A stretch of 61,974 nucleotides of DNA, filler included. It is 11 parts of 11 records of this genome, joined end to end, with 100 filler letters (N's around TTAATTAATTAA, not from the genome) between each part and the next. Parts side by side here need not be neighbours in the genome. Positions count along the whole stretch, not along the records: positions 33,231 to 36,311 come from SRR7504441_3081; positions 36,412 to 40,582 come from SRR7504441_3085; positions 40,683 to 43,931 come from SRR7504441_3086; positions 44,032 to 47,753 come from SRR7504441_3087; 7 more parts are not named here. The stretch is one strand, 5' to 3'. Under the pieces are notes generated by a model that was not told the DNA's origin, did not search any database, and saw only the letters and a list, made by a program, of their open reading frames with translations. This document shows positions 33,660 to 44,078 of this stretch, one piece after another. The position numbers and the translations under genes were made by a program. The first letter of the stretch is position 1; the number at the start of each line of letters is the position of its first letter.

Positions 33660-36311
33660 TCAGCTCAGCGAGCCCCACGTCGGCCCTGTTCTAACTTGCA
33701 CCGGCAGCGCAACATCTAGCTTGGCTACATTCTCCATCTCGTGTTGAAGAATCGCCTTTACACTCTCCAGCTGTTCTAACCGCACCTCCACCAATAACTC
33801 GTCATGAAGCTGCATCACAATCGCAGCTTGTCCCACAAACTGACCGGCGAGTCGCTGATGCACCCTCACCATCGCCAGTTTCATCAACTCGGCCGCTGAA
33901 CCCTGCAGCACGGTGTTCACTGCCTGGCGCTCCGCCTGGCTCCGATCACGCTTATCCGGTGAAGAAATCGCAGGGATGTAGCGGCGGCGGCCCTTCCATG
34001 TGGTGACATAACCACACTTCCGGCAGAGCGCTACTGTGTGCTGAAAATAGGCGCGAACCCCGCTGAATCGAGACATGAAGCTTGCTATGTGAGCAGAGGC
34101 TTCATCCCTTGTGCACGAAAGCTCATGCGCTAATGTACCGGCGCCCATCCCATACAAAATCCCATAGCAGACCCGTTTGGCAACCTTACGTTGACTACTC
34201 GTGACTGTCTCGACAGGCACACCGTGCCACTGGGCATGAAGCTGGTGGAAGACATCATTAGTGGGGTCGTTGAGAACCTGCAATAGCCTGCTGTCCTTGG
34301 CCATGTGCGCCGCCACTCGAAGCTCAATCTGTCTAAAGTCGGCCGAGATGAATGTGTAACCTGATGAAGCCACAAATACATCACGCGGCGAGATTGTCAT
34401 CGAGCCGTGGCAGCGCCAAACCCGGTCAGCAGGGAAGGTTAGTTGCCTATTGGCGCAAGCCATTTTGATTGTCACCGTGGCCATTGAATGAGCGTCTGCC
34501 TCAGAATAGGTCAGGCCTTTGGAACTCCAGTAGTCAATGAGTGTTCGTGGATCATCATGAGAAAGCGGCAAATTCATCCCGGAGCCAGGAAAGACTGCAG
34601 TGGCTAGCGCCATTGTCGGCTCACTTGTGGCAGGTAGGACATATACTAGCCACGGGTTATCTTCAGTCAACCCCTCTGGGAGCGAGCCTGCGCGTATTTC
34701 CTGTTCTATGGTCAGGTTACATTGAGAACATGTCTCTAGCTGAAGCTCGTTCGGCATGCACTGTAGATTAGGGTTGTCCGTATAAATGCGTCCGGTTACA
34801 TTACCTGCCTGCAAGTAAGTAGTGTGTAGTCTGTCAGTCTGGCCCGATTCCTGCTGGTGCAGCTGTGCTGAGTTCATGGCTCGCTGCACGGCTCCCACTT
34901 TGCGATACAAAATGACCAAAATCGGCATTCGATGCCCGCTGGTGGCAGCAATATGTTCTAAGGAAGCCGCATCGCTCGCAAGCACCTCGATGACATGCTC
35001 CAGCTCGCCATCCCCAACGCATTCGGCGATGGCATCGCAGACATCCCTCTTGCTGGTAACTTGCACACTTCGCCCAGCTATCAGATTGATTTCGTTATGC
35101 AAGGCTTGCTGCGTGTCTTCTATCCTTTCAGAGAGCTTGGCACTCTCTTCCACACTGAAGCCAATCCCGAGAGTTTCCATGTGAAATAGCACAGGTACTA
35201 ACGGCATCTCCAACTCTCTGTACAACTCAACCATTTTGTGCTGTGCTAGACATGCCATCACACTCCTGTGGATCTGCAACGAGCGGAACGCTAGAGCAGC
35301 CACACCTAGCCGTCCACTTCCAAGCGCTTTCTCAGGCGGCCAAGAGCTGGCCTCGCTATCCCCACAGTAGGCTTCATGCAGAGAGCGTACGTCTTGGGAT
35401 TCTCCCGAGGCGTGAAGCAGCCCAGCTGCCAGCATGGGGTCATCTAGTGGGCCTGATACTTCAATCAGGCCCGCAAGCGCTTTCATTGCTGCTTTCGCGT
35501 TAAAGCATACCTTACTAGCTTCAGCGCGCAAGAACATCTCCCGTGCAAAAGCCAGTTTTTCATTAGATCCAGTAGCCTGTGCAAAAAATGGCAGAAAGTG
35601 CACTTGCTTAGAACTGATGCAGACCATCATTCCTCGAACCTCGCCAACCTCGAGCACGGGCTGCCATGCAAATTCATTAACCGCGCGCCAATCTTGCTGG
35701 AAGGCGGAGAACGCCTCAGCTGAGTGCGACACATCAACAATCTGGAAAGGCATTGGATTGGACTGCTGCTGTACAATATGGGATCCCTGTGGCTGCAGCG
35801 TAAGACCAGACTGGATCGCAATGCGCTTGGCATTCCGCACCAGAAGCTTTGCAGTACGAGACTGCATTCGGCGCCTCAATGCACACACCTCATCCCGCCC
35901 TCCAGTAGCCACGGGATCGAGTTTACGGTTCCCTCCCCGACTGTTCTTCTGAAGTATCTGCGCAACTTTGGAGACATCTGCGACTGCAAGCTGGGCAACA
36001 TCAGTGAGCCCCCCGTCGAACAGTGACCGGGCATAGGTGCTAGTCATGTGAGGGACGCTGGCCAGTCCAGTCAGCTCAACTGCTACACCATGACCTATCC
36101 GCTCCTGCACCTGTCCTAAGACTAGCGACAGCCCCCACCACTCCATGGCCTCGCAAAAAAGACACACCATCGCGCCATGTTGTGCTGCTGAGCTCTGCAA
36201 CTGCTGCAGCTGCCCTCGACTGAGTTCAAAATCCTCCGAAACCGAGGCGAGAGGGACCTCCTCGAGTAGGCTGTTAAGCGCCATTGCGGCGTATAGACGC
36301 TTGTGGGTCTG
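33660..36311 (-). CDS. POLQ: DNA polymerase theta (C-terminal helicase part plus family A polymerase), 5'-partial
   Basis: RGQLQQLQSSAA...FCEAMEW helicase tail; TGRIYTDNPNLQ, SADFRQIELR, RKVAKRVCYGILYGMG, QAVNTVLQGSAA, QLHDELL. Confidence 0.88.
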   Translation of the reverse strand, partial: QTHKRLYAAMALNSLLEEVPLASVSEDFELSRGQLQQLQSSAAQHGAMVCLFCEAMEWWGLSLVLGQVQERIGHGVAVELTGLASVPHMTSTYARSLFDGGLTDVAQLAVADVSKVAQILQKNSRGGNRKLDPVATGGRDEVCALRRRMQSRTAKLLVRNAKRIAIQSGLTLQPQGSHIVQQQSNPMPFQIVDVSHSAEAFSAFQQDWRAVNEFAWQPVLEVGEVRGMMVCISSKQVHFLPFFAQATGSNEKLAFAREMFLRAEASKVCFNAKAAMKALAGLIEVSGPLDDPMLAAGLLHASGESQDVRSLHEAYCGDSEASSWPPEKALGSGRLGVAALAFRSLQIHRSVMACLAQHKMVELYRELEMPLVPVLFHMETLGIGFSVEESAKLSERIEDTQQALHNEINLIAGRSVQVTSKRDVCDAIAECVGDGELEHVIEVLASDAASLEHIAATSGHRMPILVILYRKVGAVQRAMNSAQLHQQESGQTDRLHTTYLQAGNVTGRIYTDNPNLQCMPNELQLETCSQCNLTIEQEIRAGSLPEGLTEDNPWLVYVLPATSEPTMALATAVFPGSGMNLPLSHDDPRTLIDYWSSKGLTYSEADAHSMATVTIKMACANRQLTFPADRVWRCHGSMTISPRDVFVASSGYTFISADFRQIELRVAAHMAKDSRLLQVLNDPTNDVFHQLHAQWHGVPVETVTSSQRKVAKRVCYGILYGMGAGTLAHELSCTRDEASAHIASFMSRFSGVRAYFQHTVALCRKCGYVTTWKGRRRYIPAISSPDKRDRSQAERQAVNTVLQGSAAELMKLAMVRVHQRLAGQFVGQAAIVMQLHDELLVEVRLEQLESVKAILQHEMENVAKLDVALPVQVRTGPTWGSLS

Positions 36312-36424
36312 NNNNNNNNNNNNNNNNNNNNNNNNNNNNNNNNNNNNNNNNNNNNTTAATTAATTAANNNNNNNNNNNNNNNNNNNNNNNNNNNNNNNNN
36401 NNNNNNNNNNNTGCATTCAGGGAG

Positions 36425-37447
36425 GTGCAAGTTGAGATGGCGAACGCCGAGAGGGATCGGGAGCAGGCTGAGCAACAGCAGCAACGGCAAATGGACTGGA
36501 GAGATCAGATGCCTCAAGTGGTTAGCCGGGCCCGCTGCCACCTCTGGGTTGCTGTAATGGCATGTTTGGTCAATGCAGTCGGTGTCGGATTCGCAGTGCG
36601 GGACAACCAACTACTAGCTGTTATCCAGCAAGCTCTGCTGATTGCTATGAACATTGCAATCGGGTGTCTCTGTCTTGGCGGTCTGTGGACCCCGGTGTTG
36701 GACTCGCCCGATGCCCCGTTCCCGTGGCCTCTTCCTGTGGTCGACTGGCCGTCGATCGGCTTTGCTATCAAAGATGGCCGAGCTTCTAGACGGACCACCG
36801 TCATCACTCTTGCTGTAGCAGTCTACAGTCTGCTCACGGCGGGCTGCGGTGTGGCAACTCTGTGGCACGACCCACCATCCGATGGAACTGTCACGCCCTG
36901 GATTGTGCTGGCTTGTATGATAGTCTCGGCGTGCACGCTAGCTCCGCCGTTGCTGCTGGCGGCCCTGCTTAAACTTGCGCGGTGTGCAAAGCCTTGCTAC
37001 GATGCGGGTGTAGGCGTACCGCTGTGCTTGGCTCTAGCTGCTGCAATCCATCTAGCAATAGCTGTCATGGCTGCAGTGTTTGGCAGCGACCAGCAAGGAT
37101 GCGTTTGGAGCTCCAGTGCGAGCTGGGCGATCTTTGCAGTCAATTCGATCCATTTCTGTGCACCTTGGTGCTTTCTGTGCACCTTGGTGCTGAGGCGGAC
37201 AGGCGATAGGCGGGGACCGATTGCACGCTGGTGTGACGATTTGTTCTTTGTAATCTTTCTCTCCGCTGGTGTACTAATCGGGTGGTGTTGTGAGCTAGCG
37301 GCCTTTGTGTACGCACTAGCGGTGCTCTTGACGAGTGGCTGTGCCGAGGGCGATGATCATTTGACAGCTTTGGTCATTGGACAAGGAGTGGCGGTGTTAC
37401 TTGTTTGTGCGATGACCCTGTTTGGTGCCGTCGTGTCCAAAGTGTAG
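36425..37447 (+). CDS. Uncharacterised multi-pass membrane protein
   Basis: 340-aa ORF with about 8 hydrophobic, Cys-rich helices. Confidence 0.6.
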   Translation: MQVEMANAERDREQAEQQQQRQMDWRDQMPQVVSRARCHLWVAVMACLVNAVGVGFAVRDNQLLAVIQQALLIAMNIAIGCLCLGGLWTPVLDSPDAPFPWPLPVVDWPSIGFAIKDGRASRRTTVITLAVAVYSLLTAGCGVATLWHDPPSDGTVTPWIVLACMIVSACTLAPPLLLAALLKLARCAKPCYDAGVGVPLCLALAAAIHLAIAVMAAVFGSDQQGCVWSSSASWAIFAVNSIHFCAPWCFLCTLVLRRTGDRRGPIARWCDDLFFVIFLSAGVLIGWCCELAAFVYALAVLLTSGCAEGDDHLTALVIGQGVAVLLVCAMTLFGAVVSKV

Positions 37448-37759
37448 TACAATAGATAGTGAGATTATTAGGCTTATAAGCTCGGCTTGAGGCTCGGCCT
37501 AATAAGAGCCTCAGGTTAATCCGGGCCTGGCTAATCTACGGATCTCTAGATAAAAGTAAGATAAAAAGCGATTTACCATCTTAATTAATTGTACAGGTGC
37601 CGGTGGTATCGGCTTCGCTTAGGTTATGATTGTGAGCCTTTAGGCCCCGAGTTTCTAATAAATGTACTGATGTACACCGGTGGTATCGGATACCTCCTTG
37701 ACATGTATTGCTATAGCCGAAATTTAATTTAATGAACTAAAGCTGTTCGTACTATTTAA

Positions 37760-38587
37760 TCATTCTATTGAGCCCTTGGCTTGGGTACGAGTACATGGAG
37801 GTATCATCATCTCGACCCAGCGTCTCACGGACTTTGAATTGAAATCCTTCGCTAGCCTGTGCCCCGACGGGTCGTCACTTTGGATGAGATGCACGCTGTC
37901 ACCCTCACGAGCCGAGGTAGACACGAGTCTCACTGAGTCTGCCAAAGCAATCGTCGCGTCCGATTGGCTGTGGACCACTATTAACTGCAGTGAGCACGCG
38001 GCAGCATCCAGTCGGAGATCTGCAGGATTTGAGCCCATCTTGGTGGCAACAGTGTCCTGGGCCGGTGCGAGCAGAAGTAGCGGCCCGGTCCAACCGCCAT
38101 CGAGCAGCAGGTGCACAGCGCAACAGCCGCCCCACGAACTCCCGACCAGCACATCCGGTTTGAAGTCCAGGATCGCAGGTCGGAGGATGTTCAGCGAGTG
38201 TTCAAGCATGGCCCTGACTGCGCTGCGGTACCCCACGCGATAGCTTACTAGCGAGAACAAGATCGGAAGCACAGCAAACAACACGTCCTGAAGCGTCCAA
38301 TCCCCGAGCGAGCGGCTGTCGATCGTCACACGATGCGCGATGAACCCTATCCAGATCGCAAACCACCCCAGTATCGTGGCGTACATCCCTCGAATCACAT
38401 ACGATGGAGACCAGACTGGGTGTCGAAAGGCTTTGAGTTTCAGCGGAGGGCAGCACACATTTGACTCCCCAAACGCGTCTCGAAGCACACGGGCCTTGTC
38501 TCCACCGTCCTCAGGGGTCTCTAGCCCATGCGCCAGCAACACACGTACACTGCGGCCCCCAGCCCGGGTCTCACTGCTCGCTTCCAT
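37760..38587 (-). CDS. Alpha/beta hydrolase (YqiA-like) with inserted hydrophobic hairpin
   Basis: LLAHGLE, VLVGSSWGG nucleophile elbow, LLLLAPA, VHSQSDATI, GHRL. Confidence 0.8.
   Translation of the reverse strand: MEASSETRAGGRSVRVLLAHGLETPEDGGDKARVLRDAFGESNVCCPPLKLKAFRHPVWSPSYVIRGMYATILGWFAIWIGFIAHRVTIDSRSLGDWTLQDVLFAVLPILFSLVSYRVGYRSAVRAMLEHSLNILRPAILDFKPDVLVGSSWGGCCAVHLLLDGGWTGPLLLLAPAQDTVATKMGSNPADLRLDAAACSLQLIVVHSQSDATIALADSVRLVSTSAREGDSVHLIQSDDPSGHRLAKDFNSKSVRRWVEMMIPPCTRTQAKGSIE
38061..38086. repeat. 26-bp exact direct repeat, second copy at 38771-38796
   Basis: GCCGGTGCGAGCAGAAGTAGCGGCCC read at both positions. Confidence 0.95.
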
Positions 38588-38805
38588 TACTCTTGTGCCT
38601 AACTAACCGCCGGGCCTACTGTCATCATGTACTCATCAGCACTCGCCTGCAGCTGCCGGCCGTTGAAATCAATCATCGGGATAACGGCAGAGCCGGCACG
38701 GACGACCTAATGCCGCACACGGGCCGGCAGGGCGATAGCAAGAAGGGCAAGCATCCTCATTGAGGCGCAAGCCGGTGCGAGCAGAAGTAGCGGCCCTCAA
38801 CGGCA

Positions 38806-40582
38806 ATGACGGCCTACCCGAGCTGGGCCACAGTAGGCAAGCACTTCTCGGCGTTCCACTCGCGCTCGCAGAATCAGGGGCCGGAATGCCGCGGCGATGT
38901 TCTCGCGATCTCGAGCAGTTCCCGAGCAGATTTCACTGGCCAGCCGGTGGCTGGCGGGGTCGGGAGGCTGCGAGTGACCTTTCAGGACAAGGCCGAATTC
39001 GGAGGGACCGTTTACGACCGCACGTGCCTGGGCGTGTGGGGCCTCGTCACCACTGACGAGGAGCTCCTGCGCAAGGGGATATGGCTGGAGCCGGCATTGC
39101 AAGGAGCGATCATTGACCGGTTGTCACCAGAGGGAGCCGTCAGTCACGTCGATATGCGGCAGGCTGTCGCTGGGCGGGAACGGCAAAACTGTTACTACCG
39201 GCGGCAAGTCCAGGAGGGGCTAGTATGCTGGACGCTCAACGAGGAAGGCGAGAACACAGCCCCATATTATGGGGTCGACATCGATGAGAATCTAGCTTTC
39301 CAGTGCGGTGAGTTCCGCCACGGAGAGCTTTACCAGGGGACACGAGGACAGCTGCGACGTGTGGGACCAAGTCGTCGGCTGAAAATTGTGCACATTGAGT
39401 ATCTGCTGAGGCCATCTAATGAAGCCTCGACTCGTGAAGACCGCACGGTTCACTGGGACCCTGTGTGGATAGCAGCCGCAGCAGCAGGCGTGTCCGACGC
39501 CGCGCTTGACAAGTTCCAAGCCTGTTTTCCATTCGAAAGGTTCTTGGGCTGCGGAGATCCATTGACCGATCAGTTCGAATGCCCCGAGATACTATCACCT
39601 GCTGGAAAGGAGTATTACGCTAGCCGGAAGGGACGGCCACGAGTTGGCCAGTCTCACAAAGCGAGCCACAAGGGTTTCGAGACCGCTGCTAAGGTGTGCT
39701 ACAGTCTCCGCCAAGCAAAGTGCCTAGAGAATACAAAGAACGCCGTTCGCGAGATTAGAAATCATGAAGACGTATCCGGCTTTAGGGTCAGCTTAATCCA
39801 TCCTGTTACGAGGCAGAAGATCCAGCGGCCATGTTGGAACCCATATTCAGATTGTGCACAACTTCTAGACAAGGGCTCCTCGGACCTCATTGTAAAATGT
39901 CCCAACTCTGGAATACCTGTTCTCGCAATGGAGCTGCAATTAGACGAGAGCATTGCTGCATTTATGCAGTCCTATCCGGACAGAACTTTTGTTGATGTCG
40001 TTTGCAAGCCCAACGGCGAGCTGGAGATAAAGCCGCCTGTTGCAAGTCCAGCTGTTGTAGTGATCGATGATCCAGCTCAGCCCGCGCCGGTGCCTGAGGC
40101 AGCTGCCCAACTGTTGTCTCTTGATGAGGCAGTGAATGCCTATGTCAGGGACAACAGCTGGGCTGCTTTGAGGCTCCTGCACAGCGCAACAGCCGCCCCG
40201 AACAGCGAATGCCATCACAGGATTGAGTTTTTGGACTTGGCTGGAGTCATCACGAAGTCGATAGCGCTCGCCAAACACCCACCTAATGGTGATGGCAGCT
40301 GGACAGACGAAGCTATTGGACTTCTGAGCAACCTTGCGAATAGTGACGATCCAAAATTCGCAGCGCGCATCGCATATGAAGGCAGTTGGATAGACGCGTT
40401 TGAAAATGCCGTGGATCCCCACACTTTTTGTTTCAATGACTCTTTAGACCAAGAAATGCACGCTCGCAACACTGCGGACATCTTGGCGATGGTACAAAAT
40501 ATAACTGACAGGAATACCTTAACATTGTCTGGTGTAAGCGAGAAAATTAGGCCTTTGGTACCTCGCATTGTTCGGTTGTTAA
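38806..40582 (+). CDS. Uncharacterised protein with degenerate SP-RING/U-box-like segment and ARM-like C-terminus, 3'-partial
   Basis: VSLIHPVTRQKIQRP...CAQLLD...KCP...LQLDESIAAF; ORF runs into the spacer. Confidence 0.55.
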
Positions 40583-40746
40583 NNNNNNNNNNNNNNNNNN
40601 NNNNNNNNNNNNNNNNNNNNNNNNNNTTAATTAATTAANNNNNNNNNNNNNNNNNNNNNNNNNNNNNNNNNNNNNNNNNNNNAAAAAACGCATACATTCT
40701 CAAAGAACTAGATAAAGGCCTAGCGGTCTAATACTCGGCGAGATAG

Positions 40747-41693
40747 ATGGCCTGGACGCGGAAGCTCGCCTCCCAGACGGCCAGCAGCCAGTCGCCCAGC
40801 GGGGGGATATCGCCAGCTGGGCTGGGCGGGGAGGACGAGTTCCGACAGGCGGTGCTCGAGTCGCACAACAGGCTCCGGGCCCGGCACGGCGCCCCGCCGC
40901 TCGCATGGAGCGTCGACTGCCAGCGGCACGCCCAGCTGCAGGCGGACATGTGCTTCCGGACCAACCGGCTGTCCAATGGCAATTGCAGGGAGCACCACGA
41001 GGGCCAGAACGTGCGCGCCCGATAGCCTCGCACAGATAGCATCTGCCTGAGCCGACTGGTCGGCCGGCAGGTGTATGTGTCCTCGCCGCCCGCAGACGGC
41101 CAGACGGCTGTTCAGTCGTGGTACGATGAGCTGGTCGACCCGGGGCACGATTTCGAGCGGGGGGATGGGACGGCCGCCCGGCAGTTCAGTCAGCTGATCT
41201 GGGCGAGCAGCACGCACGTGGGGGCGGTCAGGCCCTGCTCAGGGCCGGCTGAGCGGTCCCGGCCAGGCGCGCAGCATGGACGGCACGTTCATTGTGGTAG
41301 CCTCCCTGTGCCCGGCCGGTGTGAGCCGCTGGGCAGGCCAACTACAGCCCTGCCGGTAACCTGGCTGGCCAGTTTGAGCAAAACGTGACCCGGGCGAGTG
41401 GGCTGAACCCGGCCTCGCCCCGGAGCCCAAAGTCGCAGCTGCCGGTGGCCGGGTCGGAGGCCGACCTCGGGGTGGCCTCGCCGGACAGCTATGAGGACCT
41501 GGAGTGCCGGGTGCTCTCGGCTAAGGAGCAGATCGAAAGGACCGTCTCGCAGCTAAACGAGTCTCAGATCATGCTGCACGAGCTCAGCTCAGCCATCGGG
41601 CAGCATGTGGACAAAGAAGCGGCCGAGCTCTCCGAGCGAGACGCGCACATCGCCAAACTAGAAGCCCGGCTCAAGAAGCTCACGGCCAGCTAG
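40747..41693 (+). CDS. CAP/SCP (GAPR-1-like) protein with C-terminal coiled coil, multi-exon
   Basis: LESHNRLRARHGAPPLAWS, GQN|V, AVQSWYDE, FSQLIWASSTHVG. Confidence 0.85.
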
Positions 41694-42062
41694 CTTAGTA
41701 AGTTTACTCTTATCATAGTCCTTCACAATTATCATAGTCCTTCATGATCATACTCGTAATCATTATGATACTGATGTATCGCCACCCTGGCCAAGCTTGC
41801 GACTCTTAAGGATCGGCTCCGTGCCAGCCCTTGCAATACAAGTGACATGTACACCTAATGTACACCTATACTGTACTCGTACACAGTACTCGACAGTGGC
41901 CGTTAGCACGCCATCCAGCAGCTGGAGGGTCACACGGGTGGAGCGGCATCGGGCAGCTGGGCTGGTGGATTGCGACCTGAGCAGCTGGGTGGCCCGAGCG
42001 CCACGGTCCGAGGAATGCGGGGTGCTCAGTCTTGCGCTTGATACAGTCGTAGACGTCTCGGC

Positions 42063-43289
42063 ATGGCAGACGGCGAGGATGGAACCACAGTGGTTGGGGA
42101 GCGGCCTTCGCTCTGGCAGAAGGCAGTGGTTGGGGTGCGGCTGCGTCCCTTCAGCAGACACGAACGCACTATGTGGCCTGAAGGCAAGGAGAGCGCTGTA
42201 ACGTTTGACAGGGAGAGAGGTGCTGTTCAACTGCAGGGCGCCAAAGGCGTCCTCAGAGTGCTGCCTTTCCATCCAGATTTATGCTTTGACGAGTGCCATC
42301 CGGGTGAGGGCGGGCTGCAGGGCGACGAGGGACAGCAGCAGCTGTATCGCCGGTTGGTGTCTCCCGTAGTGGAATGGGTTGTACGCCGCCGGGCTGCTGG
42401 GCACGTGCTTGCTTATGGCCAGACTGGTGCTGGAAAGACGTATAGCATCCTCGGGGACGGCACACGCGAAGGCCGGTCCGGCATGCTCCCGCAGGCACTC
42501 CAGCACATCTTCGGGGCAGTGGATCCAGACACTGAGGTGACGATCAGAGCGATGGAAATATACAGAGAGCGTGTTTACGACCTGCTAGTGGAAGCCAACC
42601 CTGGAATGGCCGATCTCAAGGTGAGATCGCGGCGTGTCGAAGGACAAGCTCGCGTATCGCAGTTTCTAGTTGAAGGGCTCACATACGAGCAGATCCAAAC
42701 TGCTGAGGAGGGGATGGCTGCAGTGGATAGAGCAATCATGAACTCCCGCATCAGGTACACGACAATGGGACAGGCTACTTCTCGGGCACACACGCTGTTC
42801 AAGATTCGATTAGCAATCCCGGAGGGCCCTCACGCCGAACTCACGATAGCAGACCTCGCTGGATCTGAGCGCATTTCAAAGAGCAGTTGTGGTGCAGTAC
42901 TCCAGGAAGCTGTCGCTATAAACAGGTCATTGACTTCCCTGGTCTCGTGCGCTAGACAGTGTGCAGAAGGCAAGTATGTGCCTGTTCGAGATAGCAAGCT
43001 CACTCAGCTTTTGGCACCGGTGTTCTTCGGCAACGGTCGGATTTCAGTGATTGCCAATCTCTCGCCTGCAGTGTACAACGTAGAGGAGTCGCTCTGTACA
43101 CTCAGGAATGTTGGCTTCTTTGACAAGCTCAGAAGGACCGTGGAATGGACCGAGCTACTACACAAGGAGTGGCCTCGGGAATTCAGGGCTCGGGTATGCG
43201 CCGTGGTGATCTCAACTAGAATACCTTTTAGCTTGTTTGAACTGCTTGTGTGCGCGCTAAGCGAGGAACACAACGAGGTAATAAAATAA
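42063..43289 (+). CDS. Divergent kinesin motor-domain protein, intronless
   Basis: VGVRLRP, AYGQTGAGKTYS, EIYRERVYDLL, TSRAH, DLAGSER, INRSL, VPVRDSKLTQLL. Confidence 0.92.
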   Translation: MADGEDGTTVVGERPSLWQKAVVGVRLRPFSRHERTMWPEGKESAVTFDRERGAVQLQGAKGVLRVLPFHPDLCFDECHPGEGGLQGDEGQQQLYRRLVSPVVEWVVRRRAAGHVLAYGQTGAGKTYSILGDGTREGRSGMLPQALQHIFGAVDPDTEVTIRAMEIYRERVYDLLVEANPGMADLKVRSRRVEGQARVSQFLVEGLTYEQIQTAEEGMAAVDRAIMNSRIRYTTMGQATSRAHTLFKIRLAIPEGPHAELTIADLAGSERISKSSCGAVLQEAVAINRSLTSLVSCARQCAEGKYVPVRDSKLTQLLAPVFFGNGRISVIANLSPAVYNVEESLCTLRNVGFFDKLRRTVEWTELLHKEWPREFRARVCAVVISTRIPFSLFELLVCALSEEHNEVIK

Positions 43290-44078
43290 CTCCAAGGTCT
43301 CTCCAACATGGGCCCAACCCGAATTATCGGCGAATCGGCGACAGATCGGCGAATAACTTTGCGCACGGGCGGCACGGGAGTCTGTACGGCCATATGATTG
43401 TGTTGCGCGAGTTGCACCCCCCGATCTGCGGCGGCCCACGCCAAAATTACGCCACTTGAGATGCCGGCTGGCATTCTAAAACAGGTCGAACAGGTACGCA
43501 GTCATTAATACCTCGCGTACCTCGGCTCGTACTGCCGTGTTGCTGCACTGATGCGCAACTCAATGCTCAGGCTTCAACGTCAACGAGCTCTCCAGCCTTT
43601 GAATCTCCTGACCGCAGTCTCATCTTCCCTCGCCAAGCTCACCCCAAACGCGGCGCAGCATGGTGAACTTCGGCTCAAGGCTGAGCCGGTGCCCCAAACC
43701 GGCCTGGACCACCGACTATATATGCTACGACCGTCTCAAGGAGCTCATCGCCGGGTTCAGTGCCGGAACGGTGCCCCGCCCCCCGCGCTTAGCTCACCTG
43801 GCCGCAGGGCAAGATGGAGTCGTTCGATGAGCAGCTTGCGGGCTCGCTCGCCAAGGTTGACGAGACCTGTTCAACCCGCGAGACGTATCTCAAAGCCGCC
43901 AAAGAGTGACTCCCCCCCCCCCCCCCCCCACNNNNNNNNNNNNNNNNNNNNNNNNNNNNNNNNNNNNNNNNNNNNTTAATTAATTAANNNNNNNNNNNNN
44001 NNNNNNNNNNNNNNNNNNNNNNNNNNNNNNNTAACTATTATTTTTAAGCTGAAGACTTACACACACTCAAGGGCTAGG

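Noticed and set aside
43321-43360. ATCGGCGA repeated three times after the kinesin
   Set aside because: Too short and irregular to be an array or element.
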